A stretch of DNA of 64,000 nucleotides from Eledone cirrhosa (lineage: Eukaryota), in assembly GCA_964016885.1 (NCBI GenBank), contig CAXHJY010000001.1, forward strand, positions 186,001-250,000, given 5' to 3'. Position numbers and translations under genes: made by a program. The stretch's first letter is position 1. Every line of letters starts with the position of its first letter. The notes under the pieces were generated by a model. It saw only the letters and a list, made by a program, of their open reading frames with translations, was not told the DNA's origin and ran no database searches. Positions 15,507 through 32,900 of the stretch are shown piece after piece.

Positions 15507-18500
15507 CATGTCTCACTACCATGTAACATAACCTCTTCATTCATCACCCATGTCTCACTACCATAACATAACCTCCACATTCATGACCCATGTCTCACTA
15601 CCATGTAACATATCCTCCACATTCATCACCCATGTCTCACTACCATGTAACATAACCTCCACATTCATCACCCATGTCTCACTACCATAACATAACCTCC
15701 ACATTCATCACGCATGTCTCACTACCAGAACATATCCTCCACATTCGTCACCCATGTCTCACTACCATAACATATCTCCACATTCATCATCCATGTCACA
15801 CTATCATGTAACATATCCTCCACATTCATCACCCATGTCTCACTACCATAACATATTCTTCACATTCATCACCCATGTCTCACTACCATAACATAACCTC
15901 CACATTCATCACCCATGTCACACTACCATAACATATCCTCCACATTCATCACCCATGTCACACTACCATGTAACATATCCTCCACATTCATCACCCATGT
16001 CACACTACCATGTAACATATCCTCCACATTCATCACCCATGTCTCACTACCATAACATAACCTCCACATTCATCACCCATGTCACACTACTGTATAACAT
16101 ATCCTCCACATTCATCACCTATGTCACACTACCATGTAATATATCCTCCACATTCATCACCCATGTCTCACTACCATGTAACGTATTCTCCACATTAATG
16201 ACCCATGTCTCACTACCATAACATAGCCTCCACATTCATCACCATGTCTCACTACCATAACATAACCTCCACATTCATCACCCATGTCTCAATACCATAA
16301 CATATCCTTCACATTCATCAACCATGTATCACTACCATAACATAACCTCCACATTCATCACCCTTGTCACACTACCATAACATATCCTTCACATTCATCA
16401 CCCATGTCACACTACCATGTAACATATCCTCCACATTCATCACCCATGTCTCACTACCATAACATAACCTCCACGTTCATCACCCATGTCACACTACCGT
16501 GTAACATATCCTCCACATTCATCACCTATGTCACACTACCATGTAATATATCCTCCACATTCATCACCCATGTCACACTACCATGTAACATATCCTCCAC
16601 ATTCATCACCCATGTCTCACTACCATAACATAACCTCCACATTCATCACCCATGTGACACTGCTGTGTAAGATCTCCTCCACATTCATCACCTATGTCAC
16701 ACTACCATGTAATATATCCTCCACATTCATCACCCATGTCTCACTACCATGTAACATATCCTCCACATTCATCACCCATGTCACACTACCATGTCACATA
16801 ACCTCCACATTCATCACCCATGTCTCACTACCATAACATATCCTTCACATTCATCACCCATGTCTCACTACCATAACATAACCTCCACATTCATCACCCA
16901 TGTCACACTGCCGTGTAAGATCTCCTCCACATTCATCACCCATGTCACACTACCATGTCACATAACCTCCACATTCATCACCCATGTCTCACTACCATAA
17001 CATATCCTTCACATTCATCACCCATGTCTCACTACCATAACATAACCTCCACATTCATCACCCATGTCACACTACCATAACATATCCTCCACATTCATCA
17101 CCCATGTCACACTACCATGTAACATATCCTCCACATTCATCACCCATGTCTCACTACCATAACATAACCTCCACATTCATCACCCATGTCACACTACCGT
17201 GTAACATATCCTCCACATTCATCACCTATGTCACACTACCATGTAATATATCCTACTCTTTCATCACCCATGTCTCACTACCATGTGACATATCCTCCAC
17301 ATTCGTCACCCATGTCTCACTACCATAACATATCTCCACATTCATCATCCATGTCACACTACCATGTAACAGATACTCCACATTCATCACCCATGTCACA
17401 CTACCATGTCACATAACCTCCACATTCATCACCCATGTCTCACTACCATAACATATCCTTCACATTCATCACCCATGTCTCACTACCATAACATAATCTC
17501 CACATTCATCACCCATGTCACACTACCATAACATATCTCCACATTCATCACCCATGTCACACTACCATGTAACATATCCTCCACATTCATCACCCATGTC
17601 ACACTACCATGTAACATATCCTCCACATTCATCATCCATGTCTCACTACCATAACATAACCTCCACATTCATCACCCATGTCACACTACCATGTAACATA
17701 TCCTCCACATCCATCACCCATGTCTCACTACCATAACATAACCTCCACATTCATCACCCATGTCACACTACCGTGTAACATATCCTCCACATTCATCACC
17801 TATGTCACACTACCATGTAATAGATCGTCCACATTCATCACCCATGTCTCACTACCATGTAACATATCCTCCACATTCATCACCCATGTCTCACTACCAT
17901 AACAGATCCTTCACATTCATCACCCATGTCTCACTACCATAACATAACCTCCACATTCATCACCCATGTCACACTACCATAACATATCTCCACATTCATC
18001 ACCCATGTCACACTACCATGTAACATATCCTCCACATTCATCACCCATGTCACACTACCATGTAACAAATCCTCCACATTCATCACCCATGTCACACTGC
18101 CATAACATAACCTCCACATTCATCACCCATGTCACACTACCATAACATATCCTCCACATTCATCACCCATGTCACACTACCATGTAACATATCCTCCACA
18201 TTCATCACCCATGTCTCACTACCATAACATAACCTCCACATTCATCACCCATGTCACACTACCCTGTAACATATCCTCCACATTCATCACCTATGTCACA
18301 CTACCATGTAATATATCCTACACTTTCATCACCCATGTCTCACTACCATGTAACATATCCTCCACATTCGTCACCCATGTCTCACTACCATAACATATCT
18401 CCACATTCATCATCCATGTCACGCTACCATGTAACATATCCTCCACATTCATCACCCATGTCACATAATCTCCACATTCATCACCCATGTCTCACTACCA

Positions 18501-21500
18501 TAAAATATCCTTCACATTCATCACCCATGTCTCACTACCATAACATATCCTTCACATTCATCACCCATGACTCACTACCATAACATAACCTCCACATTCA
18601 TCACCCATGTCACACTACCATAACATATCATCCACATTCATCACCCATGTCACACTACCATGTAACATATCCTCCACATTCATCACCCATGTCACACTAC
18701 CATGTAACATATCCTCCACATTCATCACCCATGTCTCACTACGATAACATAACCTCCACATTCATCACCCATGTCACACTACCATAACATAACCTCCACA
18801 TTCATCACCCATGTCTCACTACCATGCAACATAACCTCCACATTCATCACCCATGTCACACTACCATGTAATATATCCTCCACATTCATCACCCATGTCT
18901 CACTACCATGCAACATATCCTCCACATTCATCACCCATGTCACACTACCATATCACATAACCTCCACATTCATCACCTATGTCACACTAACATCTAATAT
19001 ATCCTACACTTTCATCACTCATGTCTCACTACCATGTAACATATCCTCCACATTCGTCACCCATGTCTCACTACCATAACATATCTCCACATTCATCATC
19101 CATGTCACACTACCATGTAACATATCCTCCACATTCATCACCCATGTCACACTACCATGTAACATATTCTCCACATTCATCACCTATGTCTCACTACCAT
19201 AACATATCCTCCACATTCATCACCCATGTCACACTACCATGTAACATATCCTCCACATTCATCACCTATGTCACACTACCATGTAATATATCCTCCACAT
19301 TCATCACCCATGTCTCACTACCATGTAACATATCCTCCACATTCATCACCCATGTCACATAACCTCCACATTCATCACGCATGTCTCACTACCATAACAT
19401 ATCCTTCACATTCATCACCCATGTCTCACTACCATAACATAAGCTCCACATTCATCACCCATGTCGCACTACCATAACATATCTCCACATTCATCACCCA
19501 TGTCACACTACCATGTAACATATCCTCCACATACATCACCCATGTCACACTACCATGTAACATATCCTCCACATTCATCACCCATGTCACACTACCATAA
19601 CATATCCTCCACATTCATCACCCATGTCACACTACCATGTAACATATCCTCCACATTCATCACCCATGTCTCACTACCATAACATAACCTCCACATTCAT
19701 CACCCATGTCACACTACCGTGTAACATATCCTCCACATTCATCACCTATGTCACACTACCATGTAATATATCCTACACTTTCATCACCCATGTCTCACTA
19801 CCATGTAACATATCCTCCACATTCGTCACCCATGTCTCACTACCATAACATATCTCCACATTCATCATCCATGTCACACTACCACGTAACATATCCTCCA
19901 CATTTATCACCCATGTCACACTACCATGTAATATATCCTACACTTTCATCACCCATGTCTCACTACCATGTAACATATCCTCCACATTTATCACCCATGT
20001 CTCACTACCATAACATAACCTCCACATTCAACACCCATGTCACACTACCATAACATATCCTTCACATTCATCACCCATGTCACACTACCATGTAACATAA
20101 CCTCCACATTCATCACCCATGTCACACTACCATAACATATCTCCACATTCATCACCCATGTCACACTACCATGTAACATATCCTTCACATTCATCACCCA
20201 TGTCACACTACCATGTAACATATCCTCCACATTCATCACCCATGTCACACTACCGTGTAACATATCCTCCACATTCATCACCTATGTCACACTACCATGT
20301 AATATATCCTCCACATTCATCACCCATGTCTCACTAACATGTAACATATCCTCCACATTCATCACCCATGTCACACTACTATGTAACATATCCTCCACAT
20401 TCATCACCCATGTCTCACTAACATAACATAACCTCCACATTCATCACCCATGTCACACTACCGTGTAACATATCCTCCACATTCATCACCTATGTCACAC
20501 TACCATGTAATATATCCTCTACATTCATCACCCATGTCTCACTACCATGTAACATATCCTCCACATTCATCACCCATGTCACACTACCATGTAACATATC
20601 TACACATTCATCACCCATGTCACACTCCCATATCACATAACCTCCACATTCATCACCCATGTCTCACTACCATGTAACATAACCTCTTCATTCATCACCC
20701 ATGTCTCACTACCATAACATAACCTCCACATTCATGACCCGTGTCTCACTACCATGTAACATATCCTCCACATTCATCACCCATGTCTCACTACCATGTA
20801 ACATAACCTCCACATTCATCACCCATGTCTCACTACCATAACATAACCTGCACATTCATCACGCATGTCTCACTACCAGAACATATCCTCCACATTCGTC
20901 ACCCATGTCTCACTACCATGTAACATATCCTCCACATTCATCACCCATGTCTCACTACCATAACATATCCTTCACATTCATCACCCATGTCTCACTACCA
21001 TAACATAACCTCCACATTCATCACCCATGTCAAACTACCATGTAACATATCCTCCACATTCATCACCCATGTCTCACTACCATAACATAACCTCCACATT
21101 CATCACCCATGTCACACTACCATAACATATCCTCCACATTCATCACCCATGTCACACTACCATGTAACATATCCTCCACATTCATCATCCATGTCACACT
21201 ACCATGTAACATAACCTCCACATTCATCACCCATGTCTCACTACCATAACATAACCTCCACATTCAACACCCATGTCACACTACCATAACATATCCTCCA
21301 CATTCATCACCCATGTCACACTACCATGTAACATATCCTCCACATTCATCACCCATGTCTCACTACCATAACATAACCTCCACATTCATCACCCATGTCA
21401 CACTACTGTGTAACATATCCTCCACATTCATCACCTATGTCACACTACCATGTAATATATCCTCCACATTCATCACCCATGTCTCACTACCATGTAACAT

Positions 21501-23999
21501 ATCCTCCACATTAATGACCCATGTCTCACTACCATAACATAGCCTCCACATTCATCACCATGTCTCACTACCATAACATAACCTCCACATTCATCACCCA
21601 TGTCTCAATACCATAACATATCCTTCACATTCATCAACCATGTATCACTACCATAACATAACCTCCACATTCATCACCCATGTCACACTACCATAACATA
21701 TCTCCACATTCATCACCCATGTAACATATCCTCCACATTCATCACCCATGTCTCACTACCATAACATAACCTCCACATTCATCACCCTTGTCACACTACC
21801 ATAACATATCCTTCACATTCATCACCCATGTCACACTACCATGTAACATATCCTCCGCATTCATCACCCATGTCTCACTACCATAACATAACCTCCACAT
21901 TCATTACCCATGTCACACTACCGTGTAAGATCTCCTCCACATTCATCACCTATGTCACACTACCATGTAATATATCCTCCACATTCATCACCCATGTCTC
22001 ACTTCCATGTAACATATCCTCCACATTCATCACCCATGTCACACTACCAAGTCACATAACCTCCACATTCATCACCCATGTCTCACTACCATAACATATC
22101 CTTCACATTCATCACCCATGTCTCACTACCATAACATAGCCTCCACATTCATCACCATGTCTCACTACCATAACATAACCTCCACATTCATCACCCATAT
22201 CACACTACCATAACATATCTCCACATTCATCACCCATGTCACACTACCATGTAACATATCCTTCACATTCATCACCCATGTCACACTACCATGTAACATA
22301 TCCTCCACATTCATCACCCATGTCACACTACCGTGTAACATATCCTCCACATTCATCACCTATGTCACACTACCATGTAATATATCCTCCACATTCATCA
22401 CCCATGTCTCACTAACATGTAACATATCCTCCACATTCATCACCCATGTCACACTACTATGTAACATATCCTCCACATTCATCACCCATGTCTCACTAAC
22501 ATAACATAACCTCCACATTCATCACCCATGTCACACTACCGTGTAACATATCCTCCACATTCATCACCTATGTCACACTACCATGTAATATATCCTCCAC
22601 ATTCATCACCCATGTCTCACTACCATGTAACATATCCTCCACATTCATCACCCATGTCACACTACCATGTAACATATCTACACATTCATCACCCATGTCA
22701 CATTCCCATATCACATAACCTCCACATTCATCACCCATGTCTCACTACCATGTAACATAACCTCTTCATTCATCACCCATGTCTCACTACCATAACAAAA
22801 CCTCCACATTCATGACCCATGTCTCACTACCATGTAACATATCCTCCACATTCATCACCCATGTCTCACTACCATGTAACATAACCTCCACATTCATCAC
22901 CCATGTCTCACTACCATAACATAACCTCCACATTCATCACGCATGTCTCACTACCAGAACATATCCTCCACATTCGTCACCCATGTCACACTATCATGTA
23001 ACATATCCTCCACATTCATCACCCATGTCTCACTACCATAACATATTCTTCACATTCATCACCCATGTCTCACTACCATAACATAACCTCCACATTCATC
23101 ACCCATGTCACACTACCATGTAACATATCCTCCACATTCATCACCCATGTCTCACTACCATAACATAACCTCCACATTCATCACCCATGTCACACTACCA
23201 TAACATATCCTCCACATTCATCACCCATGTCACACTACCATGTAACATATCCTCCACATTCATCACCCATGTCACACTACCATGTAACATATCCTCCACA
23301 TTCATCACCCATGTCTCACTACCATAACATAACCTCCACATTCATCACCCATGTCACACTACCATAACATATCCTCCACATTCATCACCCATGTCACACT
23401 ACCATGTAACATATCCTCCACATTCATCACCCATGTCTCACTACCATGTAACATATCCTCCACATTAATGACCCATGTCTCACTACCATAACATAGCCTC
23501 CACATTCATCACCATGTCTCACTACCATAACATAACCTCCACATTCATCACCCATGTCTCAATACCATAACATATCCTTCACATTCATCAACCATGTATC
23601 ACTACCATAACATAACCTCCACATTCATCACCCATGTCACACTACCATAACATATCTCCACATTCATCACCCATGTAACATATCCTCCACATTCATCACC
23701 CATGTCTCACTACCATAACATAACCTCCACATTCATCACCCTTGTCACACTACCATAACATATCCTTCACATTCATCACCCATGTCACACTACCATGTAA
23801 CATATCCTCCACATTCATCACCCATGTCTCACTACCATAACATAACCTCCACATTCATCACCCATGTCACACTACCGTGTAAGATCTCCTCCACATTCAT
23901 CACCTATGTCACACTACCATGTAATATATCCTCCACATTCATCACCCATGTCTGACTACCATGTAACATATCCTCCACATTCATCACCCATGTCACACT

Positions 24000-26900
24000 A
24001 CCATGTCACATAACCTCCACATTCATCACCCATGTCTCACTACCATAACATATCCTTCACATTCATCACCCATGTCTCACTACCATAACATAACCTCCAC
24101 ATTCATCACCCATGTCACACTACCGTGTAAGATCTCCTCCACATTCATCACCTATGTCACACTACCATGTAATATATCCTCCACATTCGTCACCCATGTC
24201 TCACTACCATAACATATCTCCACATTCATCATCCATGTCACACTACCATGTAACATATCCTCCACATTCATCACCCATGTCACACTACCATGTCACATAA
24301 CCTCCACATTCATCACCCATGTCTCACTACCATAACATATCCTTCACATTCATCACCCATGTCTCACTACCATAACATAACCTCCACATTCATCACCCAT
24401 GTCACACTACCATAACATATCCTCCACATTCATCACCCATGTCACACTACCATGTAACATATCCTCCACATTCATCACCCATGTCTCACTACCATAACAT
24501 AACCTCCACATTCATCACCCATGTCACACTACCGTGTAACATATCCTCCACATTCATCACCCATGTCACACTACTATGTAACATATCCTCCACATTCATC
24601 ACCCATGTCTCACTACCATAACATAACCTCCACATTCATCACCCATGTCACACTACCATGTAACATATCCTCCACATTCATCACCTATGTCACACTACCA
24701 TGTAATATATCCTCCACATTCATCACCCATGTCTCACTACCATGTAACATATCCTCCACATTCATCACCCATGTCACACTACCATGTAACATATCTACAC
24801 ATTCATCACCCATGTCACACTACCATATCACATAACCTCCACATTCATCACCCATGTATCACTACCATGTAACATAACCTCTTCATTCATCACCCATGTC
24901 TCACTACCATAACATAACCTCCACATTCATGACCCATGTCTCACTACCATGTAACATATCCTCCACATTCATCACCCATGTCTCACTACCATGTAACATA
25001 ACCTCCACATTCATCACCCATGTCTCACTACCATAACATAACCTCCACATTCATCACCCATGTCTCACTACCAGAACATATCCTCCACATTCATCACCCA
25101 TGTCTCACTACCATAACATATCTCCACATCCATTATCCATGTCACACTATCATGTAACATATCCTCCACATTCATCACCCATGTCTCACTACCATAACAT
25201 ATCCTTCACATTCATCACTCATGTCTCACTACCATAACATAACCTCCACATTCATCACCCATGTCACACTACCATGTAACATATCCTCCACATTCATCAC
25301 CCATGTCTCACTACCATAACATAACCTCCACATTCATCACCCATGTCACACTACCATAACATATCCTCCACATTCATCACCCATGTCACACTACCATGTA
25401 ACATATCCTCCACATTCATCACCCATGTCTCACTACCATAACATAACCTCCACATTCATCACCCATGTCACACTACCGTGTAACATATCCTCCACATTCA
25501 TCACCTATGTCACACTACCATGTAATATATCCTACACTTTCATCACCCATGTCTCACTACCATGTAACATATCCTCCACATTCGTCACCCATTTCTCACT
25601 ACCATAACATATCTCCACATTCATCATCCATGTCACACTACCATGTAACATATACTCCACATTCATCACCCATGTCACACTACCATAACATATCTCCACA
25701 TTCATCACCCATGTAACATATCCTCCACATTCATCACCCATGTCTCACTACCATAACATAACCTCCACATTCATCACCCTTGTCACACTACCATAACATA
25801 TCCTTCACATTCATCACCCATGTCACACTACCATGTAACATATCCTCCACATTCATCACCCATGTCTCACGACCATAACATAACCTCCACATTCATCACC
25901 CATGTCACACTACCGTGTAACATATCCTCCACATTCATCACCTATGTCACACTACCATGTAATATATCCTCCACATTCATCACCCATGTCACACTACCAT
26001 GTAACATATCCTCCACATTCATCACCCATGTCTCACTACCATAACATAACCTCCACATTCATCACCCATGTCACACTACCGTGTAAGATCTCCTCCACAT
26101 TCATCACCTATGTCACACTACCATGTAATATATCCTCCACATTCATCACCCATGTCTCACTACCATGTAACATATCCTCCACATTCATCACCCATGTCAC
26201 ACTACCATGTCACATAACCTCCACATTCATCACCCATGTCTCACTACCATAACATATCCTCCACATTCATCACCCATGTCTCACTACCATAACATAACCT
26301 CCACATTCATCACCCATGTCACACTACCATAACATATCTCCACATTCATCACCCATGTCACACTACCATGTAACATATCCTCCACATATATCACCCATGT
26401 CACACTACCATGTAACATATCCTCCACATTCATCACCCATGTCTCACTACCATAACATAACCTCCACATTCATCACCCATGTCACACTACCGTGTAACAT
26501 ATCCTCCAAATTCATCACCTATGTCACACTACCATGTAATATATCCTACACTTTCATCACCCATGTCTCACTACCATGTAACATATCCTCCACATTCGTC
26601 ACCCATGTCTCACTACCATAACATATCTCCACATTCATCATCCATGTCACACTACCATGTAACATATCCTCCACATTCATCACCCATGTCACACTACCAT
26701 GTCACATAACCTCCACATTCATCACCCATGTCTCACTACCATAACATATCCTTCACATTCATCACCCATGTCTCACTACCATAACATAACCTCCACATTC
26801 ATCACCCATGTCACACTACCATGTAACATATCCTCCACATTCATCACCCATGTCTCACTACCATAACATAACCTCCACATTCATCACCCATGTCACACTA

Positions 26901-29900
26901 CCATGTAACATATCCTCCACATTCATCACCCATGTCACACTACTATGTAACATATCCTCCACATTCATCACCCATGTCTCACTACCATAACATAACCTCC
27001 ACATTCATCACCCATGTCACACTACCGTGTAACATATCCTCCACATTCATCACCTATGTCAAACTACCATGTAATATATCCTCCACATTCATCACCCATG
27101 TCACACTACCATGTAACACATCTACACATTCATCACCCATGTCACACTACCATATCACATAACCTCCACATTCATCACCCATGTATCACTACCATGTAAC
27201 ATAACCTCTTCATTCATCACCCATGTCTCACTACCATAACATAACCTCCACATTCATGACCCATGTCTCACTACCATGTAACATAACCTCCACATTCATC
27301 ACCCATGTCTCACTACCATAACATAACCTCCACATTCATCACCCATGTCTCACTACCAGAGCATATCCTCCACATTCATCACCCATGTCTCACTACCATA
27401 ACATATCTCCACATTCATTATCCATGTCACACTATCATGTAACATATCCTCCACATTCATCACCCATGTCTCACTACCATAACATATCCTTCACATTCAT
27501 CACCCATGTCTCACTACCATAACATAACCTCCACATTCATCACCCATGTCACACTACCATGTAACATATCCTCCACATTCATCACCCATGTCTCACTACC
27601 ATAACATATCCTTCACATTCATCACCCATGTCTCACTACCATAACATAACCTCCACATTCATCACCCATGTCACACTACCATGTAACATATCCTCCACAT
27701 TCATCACCCATGTCTCACTACCATAACATAACCTCCACATTCATCACCCATGTCACACTACCATAACATATCCTCCACATTCATCACCCATGTCACACTA
27801 CCATGTAACATATCCTCCACATTCATCACCCATGTCTCACTACCATAACATAACCTCCACATTCATCACCCATGTCACACTACCGTGTAACATATCCTCC
27901 ACATTCATCACCTATGTCACACTACCATGTAATATATCCTACACTTTCATCACCCATGTCTCACTACCATGTAACATATCCTCCACATTCGTCACCCATT
28001 TCTCACTACCATAACATATCTCCACATTCATCATCCATGTCACACTACCATGTAACATATACTCCACATTCATCACCCATGTCACACTACCTTGTCACAT
28101 AACTTCAACATTCATCACCCATGTCTCACTACCATAACATATCCTTCACATTCATCACCCATGTCTCACTACCATAACATAACCTCCACATTCATCACCC
28201 ATGTCACACTACCATAACATATCTCCACATTCATCACCCATGTTACACTACCATGTAACATATCCTCCACATTCATCACCCATGTCTCACTACCATAAAT
28301 AACCTCCACATTCAACACCCATGTCACACTACCATAACATATCCTCCACATTCATCACCCATGTCGCACTACTATGTAACATATCCTCCACATTCATCAC
28401 CCATGTCTCACTACCTTAACATAACCTCCACATTCATCACCCATGTCACACTGCCGTGTCACATATCCTCCACATTCATCACCTATGTCACACTACCATG
28501 TAATATATCCTCCACATTCATCACCCATGTCTCACTACCATGTAACATATCCTCCACAATAATGACCCATGTCTCACTACCATAACATAGCCTCCACATT
28601 CATCACCATGTCTCACTACCATAACATAACCTCCACATTCATCACCCATGTCTCACTACCATGTAACATATCCTCCACATTCGTCACCCATTTCTCACTA
28701 CCATAACATATCTCCACATTCATCATCCATGTCACACTACCATGTAACATATACTCCACATTCATCACCCATGTCACACTACCATAACATATCTCCACAT
28801 TCATCACCCATGTAACATATCCTCCACATTCATCACCCATGTCTCACTACCATAACATAACCTCCACATTCATCACCCTTGTCACACTACCATAACATAT
28901 CCTTCACATTCATCACCCATGTCACACTACCATGTAACATATCCTCCACATTCATCACCCATGTCTCACTACCATAACATAACCTCCACATTCATCACCC
29001 ATGTCACACTACCGTGTAACATATCCTCCACATTCATCACCTATGTCACACTACCATGTAATATATCCTCCACATTCATCACCCATGTCACACTACCATG
29101 TAACATATCCTCCACATTCATCACCCATGTCTCACTACCATAACATAAACTCCACATTCATCACCCATGTCACACTACCGTGTAAGATCTCCTCCACATT
29201 CATCACCTATGTCACACTACCATGTAATATATCCTCCACATTCATCACCCATGTCTCACTACCATAACATAACCTCCACATTCATCACCCATGTCACACT
29301 ACCATGTCACATAACCTCCACATTCATCACCCATGTCTCACTACCATAACATATCCTTCACATTCATCACCCATGTCTCACTACCATAACATAACCTCCA
29401 CATTCATCACCCATGTCACACTACCATGTAACATATCCTCCACATATATCACCCATGTCACACTACCATGTAACATATCCTCCACATTCATCACCCATGT
29501 CTCACTACCATAACATAACCTCCACATTCATCACCCATGTCACACTACCATAACATATCCTCCACATTCATCACCCATGTCACACTACCATGTAACATAT
29601 CCTCCACATTCATCACCCATGTCTCACTACAATAACATACCCTCCACATTCATCACCCATGTCACACTACCGTGTAACATATCCTCCAAATTCATCACCT
29701 ATGTCACACTACCATGTAATATATCCTACACTTTCATCACCCATGTCTCACTACCATGTAACATATCCTCCACATTCGTCACCCATGTCTCACTACCATA
29801 ACATATCTCCACATTCATCATCCATGTCACACTACCATGTAACATATCCTCCACATTCATCACCCATGTCACACTACCATGTCACATAACCTCCACATTC

Positions 29901-32900
29901 ATCACCCATGTCTCACTACCATAACATATCCTTCACATTCATCACCCATGTCTCACTACCATAACATAACCTCCACATTCATCACCCATGTCACACTACC
30001 ATGTAACATATCCTCCACATTCATCACCCATGTCTCACTACCATAACATAACCTCCACATTCATCACCCATGTCACACTACCGTGTAACATATCCTCCAC
30101 ATTCATCACCCATGTCACACTACTATGTAACATATCCTCCACATTCATCACCCATGTCTCACTACCATAACATAACCTCCACATTCATCACCCATGTCAC
30201 ACTACCGTGTAACATATCCTCCACATTCATCACCTATGTCACACTACCATGTAATATATCCTCCACATTCATCACCCATGTCTCACTACCATGTAACATA
30301 TCCTCCACATTCATCACCCATGTCACACTACCATGTAACATATCTACACATTCATCACCCATGTCACACTACCATATCAGATAACCTCCACATTCATCAC
30401 CCATGTATCACTACCATGTAACATAACCTCTTCATTCATCACCCATGTCTCACTACCATAACATAACCTCCACATTCATGACCCATGTCTCACTACCATG
30501 TAACATATCCTCCACATTCATCACCCATGTCTCACTACCATGTAACATAACCTCCACATTCATCACCCATGTCTCACTACCATAACATAACCTCCATATT
30601 CATCACCCATGTCTCACTACCAGAACATATCCTCCACATTCATCACCCATGTCTCACTACCATAACATATCTCCACATTCATTATCCATGTCACACTATC
30701 ATGTAACATATCCTCCACATTCATCACCCATGTCTCACTACCATAACATATCCTTCACATTCATCACCCATGTCTCACTACCATAACATAACCTCCACAT
30801 TCATCACCCATGTCACACTACCATGTAACATATCCTCCACATTCATCACCCATGTCTCACTAACCATAACATAACCTCCACATTCATCACCCATGTCACA
30901 CTACCGTGTAACATATCCTCCACATTCATCACCTATGTCACACTACCATGTAATATATCCTACACTTTCATCACCCATGTCTCACTACCATGTAACATAT
31001 CCTCCACATTCGTCACCCATTTCTCACTACCATAACATATCTCCACATTCATCATCCATGTCACACTACCATGTAACATATACTCCACATTCATCACCCA
31101 TGTCACACTACCATGTCACATAACTTCAACATTCATCACCCATGTCTCACTACCATAACATATCCTTCACATTCATCACCCATGTCTCACTACCATAACA
31201 TAACCTCCACATTCATCACCCATGTCACACTACCATAACATATCTCCACATTCATCACCCATGTCACACTACCATGTAACATATCCTCCACATTCATCAC
31301 CCATGTCTCACTACCATAACATAACCTCCACATTCAACACCCATGTCACACTACCATAACATATCCTCCACATTCATCACCCATGTCGCACTACTATGTA
31401 ACATATCCTCCACATTCATCACCCATGTCTCACTACCATAACATAACCTCCACATTCATCACCCATGTCACACTGCCGTGTAACATATCCTCCACATTCA
31501 TCACCTATGTCACACTACCATGTAATATATCCTCCACATTCATCACCCATGTCTCACTACCATGTAACATATCCTCCACAATAATGACCCATGTCTCACT
31601 ACCATAACATAGCCTCCACATTCATCACCATGTCTCACTACCATAACATAACCTCCACATTCATCACCCATGTCTCACTACCATAACATATCCTTCACAT
31701 TCATCACCCATGTCTCACTACCTTAACATAACCTCCACATTCATCACCCATGTCACACTACCATAACATATCTCCACATTCATCACCCATGTAACATATC
31801 CTCCACATTCATCACCCACGTCTCACTACCATAACATAACCTCCACATTCATCACCCTTGTCACACTACCATAACATAACCTCCACATTCATCACCCATG
31901 TCACACTACCATGTAACATATCCTCCACATTCATCACCCATGTCTCACTACCATAACATAACCTCCACATTCATCACCCATGTCACACTACCGTGTAACA
32001 TATCCTCCACATTCATCACCTATGTCACACTACCATGTAATATTTCCTCCACATTCATCACCCATGTCACACTACCATGTAACATATCTACACATTCATC
32101 ACCCATGTCACACTACCATATCACATAACCTCCACATTCATCACCCATGTCTCACTACCATGTAACATAACCTCTACATTCATCACCCATGTTTCACTAC
32201 CATAACATATCCTCCACATTCATCACCCATGTCACACTACCATGTAACATAACCTCCACATTCATCACCCATGTCTCACTACCACAACATATCCTCCACA
32301 TTCATCACCCATGTCACACTACCATGTAACATATCCTCCACATTCATCACCCATGTCTCACTTCCATAAAATAACCTCCACATATATCACCCATGTCACA
32401 CTACCATGTAACATATCCTCCACATTCATCAAACATGTCACACTACCATGTCACATAAACTCCACATTCATCACCCCTGTCACACTACCATATAACATAT
32501 CCTCCACATTCATCACCCATGTCTCACTACCATGTAACATATCCTCCACATTAATCAACCATGTCACACTACCATGTAACATATCCTCCACATTCATCAC
32601 CCATGTCTCACTACCATAACATAACCTCCACATTCATCACCCATGACTCACTACCATAACATATCCTCCACATTAATCACCCATGTCACACTACCATGTA
32701 ACATATCCTCCACATTCATCACCCATGTCTCACTACCATAACATAACCTCCACATTCATCACCCATGACTCACTACCATAACATATCCTCCACATTCATC
32801 ACCCATGACTCACTACCATGTAACATAACCTCAACATTCATCACCCATGTCTCACTACCATAACATATCCTCCACACTCATCACCCATGTCACACTACCA